A stretch of DNA of 64,000 nucleotides from an uncultured Bacteroidota bacterium. Its GTDB lineage: Bacteria > Bacteroidota > Ignavibacteria > UBA10030 > UBA6906. Positions 31,801 to 41,269 of this stretch are shown piece after piece. Position 1 is the first letter of the stretch, and the number at the start of each line of letters is the position of its first letter. Under the pieces are notes generated by a model that did not search any database, was not told the DNA's origin, and was given only the letters and a program-made list of their open reading frames with translations. The stretch covers positions 128,001 through 192,000 of the forward strand of contig CAVOYH010000004.1 of the NCBI GenBank assembly GCA_963700635.1, read 5' to 3'. The translations under genes and the position numbers were made by a program.

Positions 31801-32398
31801 CCAGGAAAAGCAGCGGTTTGATTTTATGACGACGCAGCGCAAGGATCTGCTGGAAGCGGAGAAAACATTACTGACGACGATCGAGGAAATTAATGCCACC
31901 GCCCAGAAGAAATTTCTTGATACGTTCGCGCTGATCCGCGCCAATTTTGTTGAGACCTTTAAGAGTCTTTTTGATCCCGGGGACGAATGTGACCTGAAGC
32001 TCGAAGAAGAAGTGGATCCACTGGAGGCACGCATCGAGATTGTGGCGAAACCGCGAGGAAAGCGGCCCACATCCATAGACCTCCTCTCCGGCGGAGAAAA
32101 GACTCTGACGGCGACGGCACTTCTTTTTGCCATCTACCTCGTCAAGCCAAGCCCATTCTGCATTCTGGACGAAGTTGACGCACCGCTGGATGATGCCAAC
32201 ATTGACCGGTTTACACGGATCATCCACAAGTTCTCCGCAAACACACAGTTTATCGTGGTCACGCACAATAAGCGTACGATGGAATCCGCCAATGCGCTGT
32301 ATGGCGTGACGATGGAGGAAGAAGGTATCTCCAAACTCGTAACAGTACGCTTTAATCAGGGCACACAGATCGCGTCCGCTTCCGTGGCAACAGCATGA
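28829..32398 (+). CDS. smc: Chromosome segregation protein SMC
   Basis: GFKSF, Walker A GPNGCGKT, long coiled coils, hinge (G.ATF), LSGGE and ILDEVD. Confidence 0.97.
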   Translation: MYLSKLEIQGFKSFAQRVTLNFDSGISAIVGPNGCGKTNIVDAIRWVLGEQRYSALRSEKMEDVIFNGTKSRKPLGMAEASLVIENTKGILPSEYTQVTIGRRIYRSGDSEYLLNKVPCRLKDIIDLFMDTGMGADAYSVIELKMVETILSDRTDERRRLFEEAAGVTKYKHRRKAAYRKLESVQTDLLRVNDLVAEVQKAVNTLERQARRAEQFNEVKDRLRMLEIDLLEREYAQVTSRLEPLQARQLSLRTQGSTADGDLESAESSLGVLRSALLSSEKQLAEAQRDASMHREKVHRVEEKNLVAGERTNALQELIQRLDQEESDRQQERLRQETLREASQVRLQDLRTQEQQLRADQTLRQSEFEDTERRLAEKKSEVKSLNDSMILLVHRIAERQSEQDLGQGRIDTIQASLGEVEEESRSYTTELQRLAETIAALTEEDRQRRRSFAEAEVRYYDTEKRKQELRGHAESLLQEQTGIRSEIERASARIDFLKSLMESREGYAEGVRFLSMSDRWHPTRKLTVADALHADEQYRIAIEAALGEAGGLMIVDRAADAELGVILLQEEQKGKATFVCLDRLPRITRDYRLPPLPGVHGWALDLARFDPEFAPLFGFLFDRVLVVDDHATAEQVTAMASGIRCVTLQGEISTSVGVLRGGSRRHDEGGTIGKQHQVDDLKSQIVVLSSRIESVEHDRTALLAEHDGIDLKALSEEVKAIEKEMHGVEMRIAQLAFERKRAEETIEANHEHRKRLTAEIEGLRAERDSLLPELEESRKEKQSVDQRIEEATGELVHLEDEWTRRSRVVQDLGLALVRVSNNYQTAENDLQRTGAAIAGILESSEKHRTDTEHAHVALVNVSGGVEENRHDLERLFQELAVLESSRADAEAQTDRMRNEIHATELRIRDQRRLHDDALRTLHDTELKIADLQARSHHLVDRAREEFELALELKTYPESEFVDFAVLREEIQGLKDRLRTLGNINFAAFEEYTQEKQRFDFMTTQRKDLLEAEKTLLTTIEEINATAQKKFLDTFALIRANFVETFKSLFDPGDECDLKLEEEVDPLEARIEIVAKPRGKRPTSIDLLSGGEKTLTATALLFAIYLVKPSPFCILDEVDAPLDDANIDRFTRIIHKFSANTQFIVVTHNKRTMESANALYGVTMEEEGISKLVTVRFNQGTQIASASVATA

Positions 32399-32985
32399 AC
32401 CGGGGTCTGCATATGTTCCTGGACGTTGGTGAACTGAACGCCCATGGAGATCCGGGTCCTCAGTCTTCCGCCCTTGCGCCCGGGCTGACGGCCCTCCTGA
32501 GCTTCTGCAAGGATCACACAATCACAGCTACCGTGTTCATAAACAACGGGGATGGCTCGCTCCTTCCTGCACTCCACCACCACGGTTATCCGGAGGTGAG
32601 GGTGGTCTCGGAAGAGCACCTCTGGTTACCCGCGGCTGATGGTCTCTCCATGCAGGAGTGTCAGACATTTGCGTATGCCAACACCGAATGTGACCGGTGT
32701 CCTCGCTGCATGCGAAACGTCATGCTGGGAAACACCGGGGAGGGGGATGTGCTGATCTATGTCGGTGATGGACACGCTGATCCATGTCCCGCAGAGTATG
32801 CCGATATCGTGATCGCACATGGCGCGCTGCAGACGTGGTGCCAGCGCCATAACATCACCCATATCGTCTACCGTTCGCTTGAGGATGTGCACCGGTGTCT
32901 TGCCACAATGCTTGAACGGCGGAAACTCCGACCGAGCGCGCGCGCGGGGAGAAAACGCAGAGAGGCATACCGGATAGAAGCATGA
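32395..32985 (+). CDS. Degenerate MtnX-like HAD-IB phosphatase homolog
   Basis: C-terminal IYVGDG..D.CPA..AD and Cys cluster typical of MtnX-like HADs. Motifs I and III are altered. Confidence 0.6.
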   Translation: MNRGLHMFLDVGELNAHGDPGPQSSALAPGLTALLSFCKDHTITATVFINNGDGSLLPALHHHGYPEVRVVSEEHLWLPAADGLSMQECQTFAYANTECDRCPRCMRNVMLGNTGEGDVLIYVGDGHADPCPAEYADIVIAHGALQTWCQRHNITHIVYRSLEDVHRCLATMLERRKLRPSARAGRKRREAYRIEA

Positions 32986-33584
32986 GTTCATCGTTCGACA
33001 TACGGGGCTGGATGTTCCGTTACAGAAGTTACACACCCCTTCCATTCCTGATTGTCATGGTGCTTTTTGCGCGGCCCACACTGCTCAGTCTGGGGATCGG
33101 ATTCTTCATCGTGGTGCTGGGCGAGTTGATCCGTTTTTGGGGTGTCTCCATTGTGGGTGCCGAGACGCGCACCACCGGAACCGTGGGTGGCACGTATTTG
33201 ATCACCACAGGGCCTTTTGCATTTGTCCGGAACCCCCTGTACGTCGGCAATATGCTCATGTATGCGGGGGTGGGGATCATGTCCATGGCCCTCTTCCCGT
33301 GGCTTCTCATTGCAGCCATCGTCTGGTTTTATGTACAGTATGCCCTTATCATTTCCCGAGAAGAAGAATATCTTTTCAGCCGGTTTGGGCCGGCGTATGA
33401 AGAATACCGCAAACATGTTCCACGTTTTATAATGCGGTTGACTCCTTACCGGACCAATGCGCCGCAGGTCAAACGACTGAATGTCCCGGAAGGGCTTGCC
33501 TCGGAACGGCGTACGCTTCAGGCGATGGGATTGGTAACGTTCCTGCTCATCGGTATTTATCTGGTCCGGGCGGTGTTGACCTGA
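32982..33584 (+). CDS. ICMT/PEMT-family membrane methyltransferase (LmtA-like)
   Basis: FRYRSYTP, LITTGPFAFVRNPLYVG, EE.YL...FG..Y..Y...VPRF. Confidence 0.82.
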   Translation: MSSSFDIRGWMFRYRSYTPLPFLIVMVLFARPTLLSLGIGFFIVVLGELIRFWGVSIVGAETRTTGTVGGTYLITTGPFAFVRNPLYVGNMLMYAGVGIMSMALFPWLLIAAIVWFYVQYALIISREEEYLFSRFGPAYEEYRKHVPRFIMRLTPYRTNAPQVKRLNVPEGLASERRTLQAMGLVTFLLIGIYLVRAVLT

Positions 33585-33586
33585 CG

Positions 33587-34720
33587 ATGGCCCGGCGCAT
33601 AATGGTCATAGCAGGGGAGGCATCCGGCGATCTCCACGGCGCCGGCGTGGTGCGCGAACTGAAACGGCTGTCGCCCGGCATCGAGGTCTTTGGCATGGGC
33701 GGGGCCATGCTGCGCGCAGAGGGGATGGAGATCCTGGTGGACATCCGCACAATGGCGTTTATGGGTTTTGTGGAAGTTGCGCAGAATCTTCGTACGATTT
33801 TGAAGACGGAGCGCATACTAAAAAAGTCTCTGGCGGACCGAAAACCGGATGCGGTACTCCTTATCGACTATCCCGGATTTAATCTCCGGTTTGCTCGTGC
33901 AGCGAAACGCGCGGGAGCGGCCGTCCATTATTACATCAGCCCTCAGATCTGGGCCTGGCGCCGGAGCAGAGTGAACACCATCGCGCGTGTTGTCGACAAA
34001 ATGCATGTGATCTTTCCGTTTGAAGAACAGATCTACGCTCAGGCGGGAGTCCCGGTGATGTTCGTCGGACATCCGCTGGTTGAACGGTTCACTCCGCTTG
34101 ACTCGGTTGCAGCGTGGAAGCAGGCACACGGGTTTGATCCGGGCAAGCCACTGCTCGGGCTCTTTCCTGGCAGCCGCACACAGGAAATCGATCGTATTCT
34201 GCCTGTGATGGTTGAAGCGGCACGCATGCTGATGAAGCGACATCCGCTGGAAGTGGCAGTCGGGCTTGCGTCAAATCTTGAGTCCGGGGTGATGCGGAAG
34301 AATCTACCACATGCTTCCGGGATACGGATTGTAGAACACGCCACGCACGAATTGATGCAGGCAGCCGATGCCGCGCTGGTTACATCAGGAACAGCTACCC
34401 TGGAGATTGGCTGGTACGGGACGCCGTTTGTTGTCGTGTACAAAACGTCACCCGTCACGTACGCCATCGGTCGAGCCCTGGTGGATGTTGAACATATAGG
34501 GCTGGTGAATATCGTCGCCGGCCGTACCATTGTACCGGAGCTCGTCCAGAGTGCGTGCACTCCGGCGAGGATGGTCCGGGAGCTGGAACCAATCCTGTTT
34601 GATCCGGCAGTCCGGCTGCGCGTCAGCAATGCATTGTCGGAGATCCGGGCAAAGCTCGGGGGACCCGGGGCATCCCGGAAGGTGGCAGAGTCCGTTCTCA
34701 CCTTCAAGGGAGCAGCATGA
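33587..34720 (+). CDS. lpxB: Lipid-A-disaccharide synthase
   Basis: AGEASGD, IDYPGFN, SPQIWAWR, FPFE, GHPL, PGSR and SGTATLE. Confidence 0.96.
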   Translation: MARRIMVIAGEASGDLHGAGVVRELKRLSPGIEVFGMGGAMLRAEGMEILVDIRTMAFMGFVEVAQNLRTILKTERILKKSLADRKPDAVLLIDYPGFNLRFARAAKRAGAAVHYYISPQIWAWRRSRVNTIARVVDKMHVIFPFEEQIYAQAGVPVMFVGHPLVERFTPLDSVAAWKQAHGFDPGKPLLGLFPGSRTQEIDRILPVMVEAARMLMKRHPLEVAVGLASNLESGVMRKNLPHASGIRIVEHATHELMQAADAALVTSGTATLEIGWYGTPFVVVYKTSPVTYAIGRALVDVEHIGLVNIVAGRTIVPELVQSACTPARMVRELEPILFDPAVRLRVSNALSEIRAKLGGPGASRKVAESVLTFKGAA

Positions 34721-35592
34721 ACACGAACGGTCCTGATGTGGCAGCTCGCAAAGGATATTCCTGGATTGTGCCGTCGGGATTCTTCCTGCTCTTCTGGGCG
34801 GCCGGCTGCGGATCCCCGGGGGAAGCCGGGCGCACGACCGCCGGGCCGAAGGACATGAGCAAAGAGGATATGCACCGCAAAGCACAATTGTACCAGCACG
34901 AACAACAGTATGACAGCGCGGTGGCGCTGTACGGCCGCGCGGGGTTGGTCGATTCGGCCTATGTTCAGCCGGTGCGAGACCTTGCCCAGCTTTATTACGA
35001 ACTGGCACAACGCGCCCCTGAAGAGAGCACGCTGCGGCGTGATCGCTTCCTGGCTGCCCGGGCACAGTATGCGCGGCTCGAGTCACGAGGGGTGTACGAT
35101 GCGGATCTGTACGATAGGCTCTGTGAACTCTCGGTTCTGCTCCACGACGACCGGGCATTCCTGTCATGGGCAAAAAAAAATGCGCAGCGGTATCCGTATG
35201 ATCGTCAACAGTATAATCTTGTCCGCGCATACTTTGATACGGATGATTTTCAGGGCGTGATCAGAACGGCAAAAGTCTCGCTGGAGAAGTTCCCGGATTC
35301 CCCCTATATCAGCAGCTTCTACCGGATCCTCGGACAGGCCTACATGAAAGTGGATCGGGATCAAACGGCTGAACGGATACTTACGGCAGGGGTGAGTGTA
35401 ACAGACAGACGAATCGCCGGACTGGGTGCGGAGAAACCGGCGGCGTACAAGACCACGGATCAGTATCGCCGGCTTCACGATGACAAAGTGTACATGTTGC
35501 TTCTGTTGAAGCAACTGCACACAACGTACAGGGCCCAGGAGAAACTACAACAGGTTGAGCGACAGCTGAAACAGGAGGGCTACGACCGTTAA
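34717..35592 (+). CDS. TPR-like putative lipoprotein
   Basis: Hydrophobic stretch ending in AAGC (lipobox-like), followed by TPR-like helices (AVALY, LAQLY, LGQAY). Confidence 0.65.
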   Translation: MNTNGPDVAARKGYSWIVPSGFFLLFWAAGCGSPGEAGRTTAGPKDMSKEDMHRKAQLYQHEQQYDSAVALYGRAGLVDSAYVQPVRDLAQLYYELAQRAPEESTLRRDRFLAARAQYARLESRGVYDADLYDRLCELSVLLHDDRAFLSWAKKNAQRYPYDRQQYNLVRAYFDTDDFQGVIRTAKVSLEKFPDSPYISSFYRILGQAYMKVDRDQTAERILTAGVSVTDRRIAGLGAEKPAAYKTTDQYRRLHDDKVYMLLLLKQLHTTYRAQEKLQQVERQLKQEGYDR

Positions 35593-35593
35593 G

Positions 35594-36631
35594 ATGCTCA
35601 CGCCCCTTTCGTGGGTGTACGGTGCGGGGACGATGATCCGCAATGCCGCCTACGACCTGCAGATTCTCCGGAGTATCACTCCGAGCGTACCGGTCATTGC
35701 CGTCGGCAATCTTACAGCCGGCGGAACGGGGAAGACTCCCATTGTGGGATGGATTACCCGGTACCTGCTCACATGCGGGCTCCGCCCGGTCATCATCAGC
35801 AGAGGGTATGGGCGCAGGTCGCAGGGGGTCCGTGTGGTATCCGACGGAAACACCGTGCTGGTACAGGCGGATGAGGGGGGCGACGAGCCCGTTCAACTCG
35901 CACAGACGTTTCCCATGGTGCCGGTCGTCGTGGGTGAACGACGCACGGAGGCAGCCAGTATGGCGCTCGAGAAGTTCCGTCCGGATGTCCTCATTCTGGA
36001 CGATGCATTCCAGCACAGGGCGATTGGCAGGCATCTGAACGTCATGGTTGTTGATGCGAGCGCCGATCTGACGCGCGAACCGTTATTACCGGCCGGACGC
36101 AGGCGGGAGCGATTACAAAGCCTGCGCAGGGCATCGTTGATGGTGTTTACGCATGTCCATGGTTCCCCGGGGACGGTGGAATGGGAACCCCGTCTCCGAC
36201 ATTGGTATGGCGGAGAAATCGTGTACAGCACCAGAAGGATTACGTCGTTTCGATCCTCTTCAGGACACGCTCTGGACCCTGATGCCTGCAGGGGTAAACG
36301 GTGTGTGTTGCTGAGCGGTATCGGCAAACCCCGGCAGTTCGAAGATGATGTACGTGGCCTGGGCATAACGGTTGTGAAACATCTCCGGTATCGGGATCAT
36401 TTCCGATATTCCCTGCAGGAAATTGAGACCATGGTGGGGGAGGCCGGACAAGCCGGTGCTGAACTGCTGTTGACAACGGAAAAAGACATGATGAGGTTGG
36501 CTGCCGTTGAGGGGGCTCTGTCCAGACTTGAATCAGCAATGGAAGTGTTCGCTGCCGTTCTGGAAGTACACGTTTCTCCCGCGGGTCGGTTCGAGGCACA
36601 TATTGATGCCTGCGTGCGGCGGGCCGCATGA
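35594..36631 (+). CDS. lpxK: Tetraacyldisaccharide 4'-kinase
   Basis: VGNLTAGGTGKTP, SRGYG, GDEP, LDDAFQH and TTEKD. Confidence 0.96.
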   Translation: MLTPLSWVYGAGTMIRNAAYDLQILRSITPSVPVIAVGNLTAGGTGKTPIVGWITRYLLTCGLRPVIISRGYGRRSQGVRVVSDGNTVLVQADEGGDEPVQLAQTFPMVPVVVGERRTEAASMALEKFRPDVLILDDAFQHRAIGRHLNVMVVDASADLTREPLLPAGRRRERLQSLRRASLMVFTHVHGSPGTVEWEPRLRHWYGGEIVYSTRRITSFRSSSGHALDPDACRGKRCVLLSGIGKPRQFEDDVRGLGITVVKHLRYRDHFRYSLQEIETMVGEAGQAGAELLLTTEKDMMRLAAVEGALSRLESAMEVFAAVLEVHVSPAGRFEAHIDACVRRAA

Positions 36632-37320
36632 AACCTGTTATTGGATTGACCGATCCCATGAGTTCGCCCGTGAAATCGGAACACTACAGAACATGGTTGT
36701 CCCGGTGGATCCCCGAAGCAGAGATACGTATGCTGTCGCACACCAACAGAAGCCGCGATCCGATCGCGGGATGTCATGCATTGGTACTCTCCGGCGGCGT
36801 TGACGTCAACCCGGCACTGTATGGCCGGCCGGAGGCGGTAGACATTACGGAGAAGCCGAATCCCGAGCGGGATGATTTTGAATCGGCCCTTATCACAAGA
36901 GCGATAGAACGGAGACTTCCTGTTTTTGGCATTTGCCGCGGGATGCAGCTGGCGAATGTGGTTCTGGGCGGGACACTGTTTCCTGATCTCGAGAAGGCGG
37001 GGCACTCCGATCACCGTTCGACCCGGGACGGTGACCGGCACCACGGGTTGATCGTCGAGCCCGGCACCCTCTTGTCTTCCATCGTTGGAACGGAGGGCGG
37101 AGAGGTGAACTCCGCGCACCACCAGGCGGTAGATCAACCGGGCAACGGTCTGCGTATTGCGGCGCGATCAGCGGATGGACTGATTGAAGCGTTGGAGTGG
37201 GCCGAGCCGGACGATCACCCGTATTGTATGCTGGTTCAGTGGCATCCGGAACGTATGCGCAACGCAGAACATCCGTTAGCGCGAAAACTCATTTTGTATT
37301 TGGCAGAAGCACTCAAATGA
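36628..37320 (+). CDS. Class I glutamine amidotransferase, PuuD/peptidase C26 family
   Basis: LSGG.DV.P..Y, GICRGMQ, VNS.HHQ and QWHPE. Confidence 0.88.
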   Translation: MKPVIGLTDPMSSPVKSEHYRTWLSRWIPEAEIRMLSHTNRSRDPIAGCHALVLSGGVDVNPALYGRPEAVDITEKPNPERDDFESALITRAIERRLPVFGICRGMQLANVVLGGTLFPDLEKAGHSDHRSTRDGDRHHGLIVEPGTLLSSIVGTEGGEVNSAHHQAVDQPGNGLRIAARSADGLIEALEWAEPDDHPYCMLVQWHPERMRNAEHPLARKLILYLAEALK

Positions 37321-37343
37321 CACATCACAAATAAGGATCACCC

Positions 37344-40130
37344 ATGAAGAAGTACGTGTATTTCTTTGGCAAAGGTAAAGCGGAAGGTCGTGCGGAAATG
37401 AAAGGCCTGCTCGGTGGCAAAGGAGCCAACCTGGCAGAAATGGTGAATATCGGCCTCCCTGTTCCGGCGGGCTTTACAATCTCGACAGACGTGTGCACCT
37501 ACTATTACGATAATAAGAAGACCTATCCAAAGTCGCTAACCGGCGACGTGAAGGCGGCCCTCAAGAAAGTGGAAAAGACGATGGGATCGAAGTTTGGTGA
37601 TCCCAGAAACCCGCTTCTTGTCTCCGTCCGGTCCGGCGCACGTGCATCCATGCCCGGCATGATGGATACCATTCTCAATCTTGGACTCAATGACAAGGTT
37701 GCGGAAGGTCTGGTCGCCCGCACCAATAATCCGAGGTTTGTCTACGATTCATACCGCCGTTTTGTGCAGATGTACGGCGACGTCGTGCTTGGCCTGAAGC
37801 CAGTCCATAAAGATGAAATTGATCCTTTCGAAGTTATCATCGAGGCGAAAAAGAAACAGAAGCGTGTCCATCTGGATACCGATCTCACCGCAGATGATAT
37901 GAAGGAACTTGTGGCGTTGTTCAAGGCGGCGATCAAAGAGAAGACCGGCCACGACTTCCCGCAGGATCCCATGAAACAGTTGTGGGGAGCGATTGGAGCG
38001 GTATTTGGTTCGTGGAACAACGATCGGGCCATTGCATACCGGAAGATGTACGACATCCCGTATTCATGGGGAACCGCGGTCAACATCCAGTCGATGGTGT
38101 TCGGGAATATGGGTGAAGACTCCGGAACCGGGGTGGCGTTTACCCGTGATGCGGCGACGGGAGAAAACGTGTTCTACGGGGAGTTCCTCATGAACGCCCA
38201 GGGAGAAGACGTCGTGGCGGGTACACGTACCCCTCTTCCCATCTCCAAGCTGGCCGAAGACAATCCGCGGATTTACAAGCAGCTGGACGCCATCCGGAAG
38301 AAGCTTGAAAAACACTATCGTGACATGATGGATGTCGAGTTTACGATCCAGCAGGATACCTTGTACATGCTGCAGTGCCGTGTGGGCAAGCGGACCGCGT
38401 TCGCGGCGATCAAGATCGCGGTGGATATGGTTGCCGAACACCTGATCACGGACAAAGAAGCGATCATGCGGATCGAGCCGGATCAGCTGAATCAGCTCCT
38501 CCGGCCGGTATTCGACCTGAAAGAGAAAGATACCGCAGTAAAGGGTGGACGGTTGCTCGCCAAGGGTCTGAACGCCGGCCCCGGCGCCGCCACGGGAAGG
38601 GTCGTATTTAATGCGCCTGACGCCGAGGAGTGGAAGGCGCGGGGTGAGGATGTGATTCTCACGCGCATCGAGACTTCGCCGGAAGATATCAAGGGAATGA
38701 ACGCGGCGGAAGGTATTCTGACCGCCCGCGGTGGTATGACTTCGCATGCGGCGCTGGTCGCCCGCCAGATGGGAAAGGTGTGCGTGGCCGGTTGTTCGGA
38801 GCTGGAGATGGACTACAACACCCACACCATGGTGGTGAAAGGGCGGACCATCCGCGAAGGCGATTGGATATCGATTGACGGCACCACCGGTGAAGTGATC
38901 GAGGGTAAGCTCCCAACAAAACCGTCCGAGGTATTGCAGGTTCTGATTGATAAAACCTGTGACCCGAACGATGCGCCGATCTTCCAGCAGTACAAGAAGA
39001 TCATGACCTGGGCGGACAAATATCGCCGGTTGAATATCCGGACGAATGCTGACCAGCCTGACCAGGCCCGGAACGCGATCGCGTTCGGCGCGGAAGGGAT
39101 CGGGTTGTGCCGCACGGAGCACATGTTCTTTGGCGAAGGCAAAATCGGACCGATGCGCGAGATGATTCTGGCGGACAGGCTGGAATTGCGGAAAGCGGCA
39201 TTGGAGAAGCTCCTGCCGCTGCAGCGTGAGGATTTTGAGGGGATCTTTGAGGCGATGAATGGCTGGCCGGTGACGATCCGCACGATTGATCCGCCGTTGC
39301 ATGAATTTGTGCCGCATGAGGAAAAGGCACAGCGGGAACTTGCGGCCCAGATCGGCCTTACCTACGAAAAAGTCCATGCGCGCGTTGAAAGCCTCCACGA
39401 GTTTAACCCTATGCTCGGGTTCCGGGGATGCCGCCTGGGCATCGTCTTCCCGGAAATAACCGAGATGCAATCACGGGCGATCTTTGAAGCCGCGGCAAAT
39501 GTCAAGCAGCGCGGCATAAAAGTTGAACCGGAGATCATGATTCCGCTTGTGGGGAACGTGAAAGAACTCGCCCACCAGGAGAAGATCGTTCGGCGCGTTG
39601 CCGGTGAAGTGATGAAAGAGAAGGGTGTGCGATTCCCGTATCTGGTCGGAACCATGATAGAAATCCCGCGCGGTGCGTTAACGGCCGACGAGATTGCCAC
39701 GGTTGCCGAGTTTTTCAGCTTCGGGACAAATGATCTGACCCAAACTACGCTCGGCGTGAGCAGGGACGATGCCGCGAGGTTCCTGATCCCGTATGTCGAA
39801 ATGGAAATCTACCCGAGAGATCCATTCGAAGTGCTGGATCGTGTGGGGGTGGGATCGCTGATGAAGATCGCCATTGAGAAGGGGCGCGGTGTCCGTCCGG
39901 GATTGAAGGTCGGTATCTGCGGCGAGCATGGCGGTGATCCATCAAGCGTGGAGTTCTGCCATCAGATCAATCAGAACTATGTCAGCTGTTCGCCGTTCCG
40001 TGTGCCGATTGCACGCCTCGCGGCCGCACGTGCCGCCCTTGCCGATACACCGGCGAAGAGTGGCGCAAAAGCGAAAAAGGCGAAGAAGACGAAGAAGGTG
40101 AAGAAGGCCAGCGTAAGACGGAAGAAATAA
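37344..40130 (+). CDS. ppdK: Pyruvate, phosphate dikinase
   Basis: [22 protein letters not shown] (phospho-His), [16 protein letters not shown] and GICGEHGG. Confidence 0.98.
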   Translation: MKKYVYFFGKGKAEGRAEMKGLLGGKGANLAEMVNIGLPVPAGFTISTDVCTYYYDNKKTYPKSLTGDVKAALKKVEKTMGSKFGDPRNPLLVSVRSGARASMPGMMDTILNLGLNDKVAEGLVARTNNPRFVYDSYRRFVQMYGDVVLGLKPVHKDEIDPFEVIIEAKKKQKRVHLDTDLTADDMKELVALFKAAIKEKTGHDFPQDPMKQLWGAIGAVFGSWNNDRAIAYRKMYDIPYSWGTAVNIQSMVFGNMGEDSGTGVAFTRDAATGENVFYGEFLMNAQGEDVVAGTRTPLPISKLAEDNPRIYKQLDAIRKKLEKHYRDMMDVEFTIQQDTLYMLQCRVGKRTAFAAIKIAVDMVAEHLITDKEAIMRIEPDQLNQLLRPVFDLKEKDTAVKGGRLLAKGLNAGPGAATGRVVFNAPDAEEWKARGEDVILTRIETSPEDIKGMNAAEGILTARGGMTSHAALVARQMGKVCVAGCSELEMDYNTHTMVVKGRTIREGDWISIDGTTGEVIEGKLPTKPSEVLQVLIDKTCDPNDAPIFQQYKKIMTWADKYRRLNIRTNADQPDQARNAIAFGAEGIGLCRTEHMFFGEGKIGPMREMILADRLELRKAALEKLLPLQREDFEGIFEAMNGWPVTIRTIDPPLHEFVPHEEKAQRELAAQIGLTYEKVHARVESLHEFNPMLGFRGCRLGIVFPEITEMQSRAIFEAAANVKQRGIKVEPEIMIPLVGNVKELAHQEKIVRRVAGEVMKEKGVRFPYLVGTMIEIPRGALTADEIATVAEFFSFGTNDLTQTTLGVSRDDAARFLIPYVEMEIYPRDPFEVLDRVGVGSLMKIAIEKGRGVRPGLKVGICGEHGGDPSSVEFCHQINQNYVSCSPFRVPIARLAAARAALADTPAKSGAKAKKAKKTKKVKKASVRRKK

Positions 40131-40145
40131 TCCTCCGTATTCCCG

Positions 40146-40176
40146 CCCGCGCGTTCCGTAACGCGGAACGTGCGGG
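40146..40176 (+). terminator. GC-rich stem-loop after ppdK
   Basis: cccgcgcgttccg / cggaacgtgcggg; no U-tract. Confidence 0.45.
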
Positions 40177-40208
40177 TGATGTGTATCATCTTTAGGAGTG
40201 TATGACGT

Positions 40209-41247
40209 ATGAAGCTCTCCGACTTCCGGTATCCTCTTCCCAGGAACCTGATTGCACGGTACCCCGCGAATCCACGCGACGCTGCCCGTCTGATGGTGAT
40301 CAACCGGTCGGAAGAATCGATCACCGGGATGCGGTTTAATGAGATATCCCAGTTCTTCAAGAAAGGGGACTGCCTGGTCGTCAATGAGACCAAGGTATTT
40401 CCCGCCCGCTTGTTCGGCCGGAAAGAAAAGACCAACGCCAAGATCGAGGTCTTCCTCCTTCGTGAGCTGAACAAAGAAGAGAATATCTGGGATGTTATCG
40501 TTGATCCCGCGCGCAAAGTCCGCATCGGCAACAAGATCTTCTTTGACGAAGGCCGGTTGTGGTGCGAGGTGATCGACAATACCACGTCACGGGGTCGCAC
40601 GGTGCGGTTTAATGCCACCGGTGATTTCTTCAAGATCATCGATCGAATCGGAAAGATGCCCCTTGCCGTACTATATCAAACGGGATCCGACCGAAAAGGA
40701 CAAGGATACATATCAGACGGTGTATGCACGGGTCATCGGCGCTGTCGCCGCACCCACGGCCGGTCTTCACTTTACAAAGCGCCTGCTCAGCACGCTGAAA
40801 CGGAAAGGCGTCAAGGTGGTTCCTGTTGTCCTGCACGTCGGACTGGGATCCTTCCGGCCGGTCGAGGTGGAAGACCTCACGAAGCACAAGATGGATTCTG
40901 AATACTATGAGATCCCGGAATCAACGGTAACGGTGGTGAACAAAAGCATTGACAGCAAGTGTAATGTGTTTGTTGCCGGCACGAGTACCTGTCGGGCGTT
41001 GGAATCCTGCGTCACCACGGATGGTCATCTGAAGTCGAACCGGGGATGGACGGACAAATTTATCTTTCCACCCTACGATTTCAAGATCACCGACAAGTTG
41101 ATCACGAACTTTCACATGCCGGAATCCACCCTGCTGATGCTGGTGGCGGCGTTCGCCAATCGTGATCTCATCATGAAGTCGTACAAAAAAGCGATCAAGG
41201 AGGGTTACCGGTTCTACAGCTATGGTGACGCCATGTTGATGCTCTAG
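40209..41247 (+). CDS. queA: SAM:tRNA ribosyltransferase-isomerase, +1 frameshift in CCCC (40659-40662)
   Basis: N.TKV.PARL, then in the next frame LPYYI, YQTVYA, AAPTAGLHF, LHVG, TNFH.P.STL and YRFYSYGDAM. Confidence 0.95.
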
Positions 41248-41269
41248 CACGGCGGGCTGGCCGGGATCT

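Noticed and set aside
28829-32398. SMC as a Wadjet/MksB defence component
   Set aside because: Canonical SMC with hinge and length, housekeeping context, and no jetABD/mksEFG.
41248-41269. c-di-AMP (ydaO) riboswitch before the KimA-like gene
   Set aside because: Only 22 nt of intergenic space.
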